From Spirochaetia bacterium (lineage in GTDB: Bacteria > Spirochaetota > Spirochaetia > CAKZLE01), in the NCBI GenBank assembly GCA_963677595.1, contig OY782041.1, forward strand, positions 2,848,001 to 2,912,000: 64,000 bases of DNA, written 5' to 3'. Below the pieces are notes generated by a model, which saw only the letters and a list, made by a program, of their open reading frames with translations, did no database searches and was not told where the DNA came from. The translations under genes and the position numbers were made by a program. Below, one piece after another: positions 59,915-64,000 of this stretch; position 1 is the first letter of the stretch; every line of letters begins with the position of its first letter.

Positions 59915-61048
59915 ATGGAACGTACGTTGTATCCCCTGATACGGGAAGACCTATCCCGGAAGATGATCCTTCTTACCGGCCCGAGGCAGGTTGGGAAGAC
60001 CTATCTCGCAAAGCAGTTGAGATCGGAATTCAGATTCTCGCTCTACCTGAACTATGATGACCCCCAGCATATGAAGATGATCCAGGAGGGCAGCTGGTCT
60101 CCAGAGACGGATCTTCTCGTGCTCGATGAGCTTCATAAGATGCGCCAATGGAAATCGTTCCTCAAGGGTACCTATGATACAAGACCTGATGGGATGTCCC
60201 TGCTCGTGACAGGCAGTGCACGGATGGAGACGTTCCGGCAGGAGGGAGAATCCCTTGCAGGACGATATTTCCATCACCGTCTGCATCCCCTGACCGTTCG
60301 TGAGTTGTCAGGAGTGATGAGCGGGCCTGACGCCCTGGCTGCATTGAATCAGTTGGGCGGTTTCCCTGAACCATTCCTCTCCGGCAGTGACCGGTTCGCA
60401 CAGCGGTGGAGGAACCAGTACTTCACTGATATCATCAGGGAGGATATCCTGGATTATAGCCGGATTCAGGAGATCCGGGTGATGCACCTGCTGCTGGAAC
60501 TTATCAGGGGCAGGATCGGTTCCCCGATCTCCTACAGCTCCCTTGCCCGGGATCTGCAGATCTCCCCCCATACGGTCAAGAGTTACCTCGATATCCTCGA
60601 GAGCCTGTTCATCATCTTCCGGGTCTACCCCTTCGGTAAGAATATCGCACGGGCGGTGATCAAGGAGCCGAAGGTCTATCTCTATGATACCGGTCATGTG
60701 AAGGGAGGTCCTGGTGTGCGCCTTGAGAACACGGCAGCCTGCTGCCTGCTTCGCCATGTGCAGTACCAGCAGGATGTGAAGGGTGAACAGGTGAAGCTCC
60801 ACTACCTGCGGACAAAGGACAAGCGTGAAGTGGACTTCCTCATCGCTGAATCTGAGCAGCCGGTCGAGATGATCGAGGTGAAGCACTCTGATAAGACGGT
60901 CAGTAAGCATCTCCACTATTTCAAGCAGCGGTATCCCCAGCTGAACGGGGTGCAGATCGTGCAGACCCTGCAGGAGCCTATATACCATCGTGAGGCTGAC
61001 CTGCACATCAGGAACGCCGCGGAGTACCTGGCCGCCCTGGATGGATAG
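59915..61048 (+). CDS. AAA_14 ATPase with DUF4143-like C-terminal domain
   Basis: TGPRQVGKT, VLDELHK, LVTGSA, GGFPE, PKVYLYDTG, EVDF..IEVK. Confidence 0.9.
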   Translation: MERTLYPLIREDLSRKMILLTGPRQVGKTYLAKQLRSEFRFSLYLNYDDPQHMKMIQEGSWSPETDLLVLDELHKMRQWKSFLKGTYDTRPDGMSLLVTGSARMETFRQEGESLAGRYFHHRLHPLTVRELSGVMSGPDALAALNQLGGFPEPFLSGSDRFAQRWRNQYFTDIIREDILDYSRIQEIRVMHLLLELIRGRIGSPISYSSLARDLQISPHTVKSYLDILESLFIIFRVYPFGKNIARAVIKEPKVYLYDTGHVKGGPGVRLENTAACCLLRHVQYQQDVKGEQVKLHYLRTKDKREVDFLIAESEQPVEMIEVKHSDKTVSKHLHYFKQRYPQLNGVQIVQTLQEPIYHREADLHIRNAAEYLAALDG

Positions 61049-61100
61049 TATCCAGAGGTTGCGGCGAGGGCCGGGGTGGGTAAGCGTAGTCTGAGACCTC

Positions 61101-62405
61101 TCAGTACTGGTATTCCCTGACCACCTCGGATGCCATCCGTGCCCACTCGTGCAGCCTGTGCGGTTCCCTCTGTATGGTGGAAATATCCTTCATGACGATC
61201 TCAACTGGGATACCCGCTCCCACGAGGGGGGCGAGGGTCTCGACCAGTTCCCTCCTGGCCAGGTCGATGTCCCACTCCTCATAGGCGAAGATCGCGGGAT
61301 TCGGCTTACAGGAGTAGACGATCGCATCCCCGATCGTCTTCACCGCCTCCATGGGCTTCGACCAGGGGCTGAAGGAGGCCTTCCTCAGGTTGGGGATCCT
61401 CATGACCTGTTCGGTCTTCAGGTGGAGCGGTTCGCAGCAGCCGTAGTAGTTCGCCCCGAACCGGGAGAGCCAGGGGAGGTCATGCTCGATGGCGAACTCC
61501 CAGTGCATCGACGGGGAGACCTCGCTGAAGACCTGGGCGTTCGAGCAGCCCCAGACCTGGGCAGGTGAGCATGCACTGACCTTCCCGTCATCGTCAGGGA
61601 GTGATGCGGTATACCCGTAGCCGCCTGAGCCTACACGGGTATTACCGCTCCCGTCGGAGAGCAGGCCTTCTGCCTCATAGGCGTCGAGGAGCCTGCAGGA
61701 CTGGGAGACATAGCGTGAGAGGGCGTAGTGCACGAGATCAGGGTTGAGGACCAGGTCCATGAGTGCCTGCTCGATCCCCCAGACTTGGATGAGCCGGTCC
61801 CAGGGGGTGAACCAGATGTGCCGGCTGCCGGTGAGTTCCACCGGTATGATGTCGCAGAAGAGGTCCTTCGCAGTCGAGAGGAGTGCTTCAGTCTCCTCCC
61901 TGTGGTAGACCGGCAGCTGGAGGTCGATGACGCGTTCCGCGTCCTCGATGGAGGTGATCTGCTCGGTGTAGTGGTGCGAGTGGATCGCTCCCACCGCCGT
62001 CTCCCCGATGGTCGACTCCTCCACATCAAGGGTGAAGGACCCGTCGGAGTAGAGCTTCTCCACGGCGAAGAAGGGGGAGGGGATGTAGTCGGCGGGGAAG
62101 TGCTCCAGCCGGTAGATCTCCTTACGCAGGGAGAGCTCCCATTCACGGGCGATCGGGTTGGTGATCACTGGCTTGAGTGAATCCTCAGCCCCGATGAGCT
62201 CGTTCCACGGCTCCTCGTTGATGAAGAGCATCGGCCGGTCCGGCTTCCGGTCATTGAGGTCCCTCCACAAGCCTGCCAGCTCATTACTCCGTATCCTTGA
62301 GGCAAGCTCCTGCCTCTGCCCTGCCAATCGCCTGAGCAGTGCTCTCTCGTCCCGGTCCATTCCCTGCAATGCGCTGATCTCTTCGCTCCCGTAGGTCATC
62401 ATCAA
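61101..62405 (-). CDS. Uroporphyrinogen decarboxylase/methyltransferase-fold protein of unknown function
   Basis: WGIEQALMDLVLNPDLVH, VSPSMHWEF and YGCCEPLH motifs. Confidence 0.65.
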   Translation of the reverse strand: MMMTYGSEEISALQGMDRDERALLRRLAGQRQELASRIRSNELAGLWRDLNDRKPDRPMLFINEEPWNELIGAEDSLKPVITNPIAREWELSLRKEIYRLEHFPADYIPSPFFAVEKLYSDGSFTLDVEESTIGETAVGAIHSHHYTEQITSIEDAERVIDLQLPVYHREETEALLSTAKDLFCDIIPVELTGSRHIWFTPWDRLIQVWGIEQALMDLVLNPDLVHYALSRYVSQSCRLLDAYEAEGLLSDGSGNTRVGSGGYGYTASLPDDDGKVSACSPAQVWGCSNAQVFSEVSPSMHWEFAIEHDLPWLSRFGANYYGCCEPLHLKTEQVMRIPNLRKASFSPWSKPMEAVKTIGDAIVYSCKPNPAIFAYEEWDIDLARRELVETLAPLVGAGIPVEIVMKDISTIQREPHRLHEWARMASEVVREYQY

Positions 62406-62516
62406 TCCTCCATGCCATCGATCTTGTTTGCATCATAATTCGAGATATATGCTTTTCATATGGATAGAATCGATATTTCTTTTGTCTGTTCGTGACATTC
62501 GTGGTATATTTGACCT

Positions 62517-63338
62517 ATGTTCGAACAGCTGCAGCTGAAACTGCTTACCGCAGAGCGGAGGGCCCTCGATACCTCCTGGCATTTTGAGGATATGTCAGAT
62601 CCCTTCTCGAGGATCTACTATGTGACCGACGGGGAAGGAGTGCTCCGCATCCATGGTGAGGGTGGGCTGGGGGAGCAGGTGATCCCCCTGCTGCCGGGAT
62701 CCCTCTACCTCATCCCGGCCTATATCCGCTGCTCCTTCTGGACGGATGCTACGGTCACTATCAGCTATGTGCACCTGCAGCTCCTCATCGAGGGGTTTCT
62801 CCCGTTCTTCGATTCGGTACCATTCCGCTTCGAGCGTATCCCTGACACCTCAGAGGAGATCGAAGGGACCTTCGACCTCCTTATATCTACGCTGTCTGCC
62901 CAAGGGCCTTCTCCTGCTCCAGCTTCGCTCCTGCGCTGCCAGGGGAGTCTGTACCTCATAGCCTCCCGATTCTGTGTGGCCGAAGGGAGCGGCCGGACGA
63001 TCTCCAGGAAGGAGATACCCAGCTGGTTGATTGAGGTCGCAGGATACATCAGGGATCACATAGAGACGAAGCTGACGGTACAGGGAGTAGCAGATACCTT
63101 CGGCTATGACCGGTCCTACCTCTCGAGGATGTTCTCCACCTGCCTGCACCAGCCGATCTCCCGGTTTGTCAGGGAGAGACGCATAGAGCGGGCTGTAGAG
63201 CTGCTGCTCTCCGGTGAGCCGCAGAAGTCTGTAGCCCAAGCCCTCGGCTATGCTGATGTCTTCCACTTCTCCAGGCAGTTCAAGCAGGTAACCGGCCTCT
63301 CCCCGGGAACATACATCTCTTCAGTGTCATCAGGATGA
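62517..63338 (+). CDS. AraC-family regulator
   Basis: Cupin-like N-terminus; C-terminal VAQALGYADVFHFSRQFKQVTGLSP. Confidence 0.93.
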   Translation: MFEQLQLKLLTAERRALDTSWHFEDMSDPFSRIYYVTDGEGVLRIHGEGGLGEQVIPLLPGSLYLIPAYIRCSFWTDATVTISYVHLQLLIEGFLPFFDSVPFRFERIPDTSEEIEGTFDLLISTLSAQGPSPAPASLLRCQGSLYLIASRFCVAEGSGRTISRKEIPSWLIEVAGYIRDHIETKLTVQGVADTFGYDRSYLSRMFSTCLHQPISRFVRERRIERAVELLLSGEPQKSVAQALGYADVFHFSRQFKQVTGLSPGTYISSVSSG

Positions 63339-63348
63339 TTGGAATAAG

Positions 63349-63422
63349 TTAGCTAATATAGTACATAATAATTATCTTATATTTATTCTTAAATTAGCTA
63401 AAAGTATGGTATAATTAGCTAA
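63349..63422 (+). promoter_or_regulatory. Three TTAGCTAA palindromes around an extended -10 box
   Basis: TTAGCTAA at 63349, 63394 and 63415; TGGTATAAT at 63407-63415. Confidence 0.7.
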
Positions 63423-63437
63423 GAAGAGGAGGGGCGT

Positions 63438-64000
63438 ATGCGTGTTTCATCTACTGAGTTCCAGAACAACTTCGGGAAGTATCTCGAGAAGTGTAAGCAT
63501 GAGAATATCATCATCACCCGGAACGGGAAGCAGAAGGCGATCCTGCTTCCCCTGCCCGATGAGGATGCGAACTATACCGGGGAGTCGATCCCTAAGTATG
63601 TCACAGTCCGCAAGGATGACCGGTATGTCTCCTATTCGAAGTTTCGTGAGATGTGCGAGGCCAGTGATACCCGCATGGAGCTCATCGACGGGGTCGTCTA
63701 CATGCTGCCCTCGCCGGGGTTCACGCACCAGCACCTGGCTAAGAAGCTCTTGTACCTGTTAGAGGAGTTCTTTTCCACATATGAATCATGTGATGTCTAC
63801 TTTGCTCCCTTCGATATCGAGCTGCGCCGCATGCTCGACCGGGAAGAACGGGACCTGGATGAGGAGGACGTGAATGTGGTGCAGCCGGACCTGATGGTGC
63901 TCTGCGACTATATCGATGATGTCGATGAGAACGACCGGTACCGGGGCACGCCCTCGCTGGTGATCGAGATCCTCTCCCCGTCAAACAGGGGCCACGACAT
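63438..64000 (+). CDS. Phd/YefM-like DNA-binding domain fused to a Uma2-family endonuclease (partial)
   Basis: My translation: MRVSSTEFQNNFGKYLE..IIITRNGK, then MELIDGVVYMLPSP..HQ, VQPDLMVLC and PSLVIEILSPS. Runs off the window. Confidence 0.85.
   Translation, partial: MRVSSTEFQNNFGKYLEKCKHENIIITRNGKQKAILLPLPDEDANYTGESIPKYVTVRKDDRYVSYSKFREMCEASDTRMELIDGVVYMLPSPGFTHQHLAKKLLYLLEEFFSTYESCDVYFAPFDIELRRMLDREERDLDEEDVNVVQPDLMVLCDYIDDVDENDRYRGTPSLVIEILSPSNRGHD

Overview
A GC-rich bacterial chromosome segment, probably from a Spirochaetales (Sphaerochaeta-like) organism. This is inferred from the spirochaete-type lipoprotein signal, the MNNLNSIILEGNL-type SSB and the V/A-type ATPase operon. The backbone carries a NikR-like regulator with a matching operator in front of a FecCD-type ABC importer, a complete V/A-type ATP synthase operon, transporters (MATE, MFS, TRAP, K+ channel, APC-PTS IIA), several c-di-GMP enzymes, trxA, glmS and xth. 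The most notable part is 30-44 kb. An ~11.8 kb island (32020-43850) with two large serine recombinase genes sits in codon 10 of an ssb gene and supplies a replacement ssb 5' end. A 204-bp imperfect direct repeat, whose differences are mostly synonymous, suggests that a related element had integrated at the same site earlier. The island carries a 1526-aa repeat lipoprotein and an IS256 scar. It also holds a nested 3.48-kb four-gene Mu/Tn7-like transposon (TATT...AATA ends, CCAAT duplication) that splits an unusual HTH/Zn-finger tail of one recombinase. Elsewhere there is an intact IS1634-type element with a passenger ORF inside an aldo/keto reductase gene, four toxin-antitoxin loci with damaged or missing toxins, and five apparently leaderless genes. 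I saw no rRNA, tRNA or CRISPR array. All calls were made by eye from the sequence and the ORF track; no searches were run.
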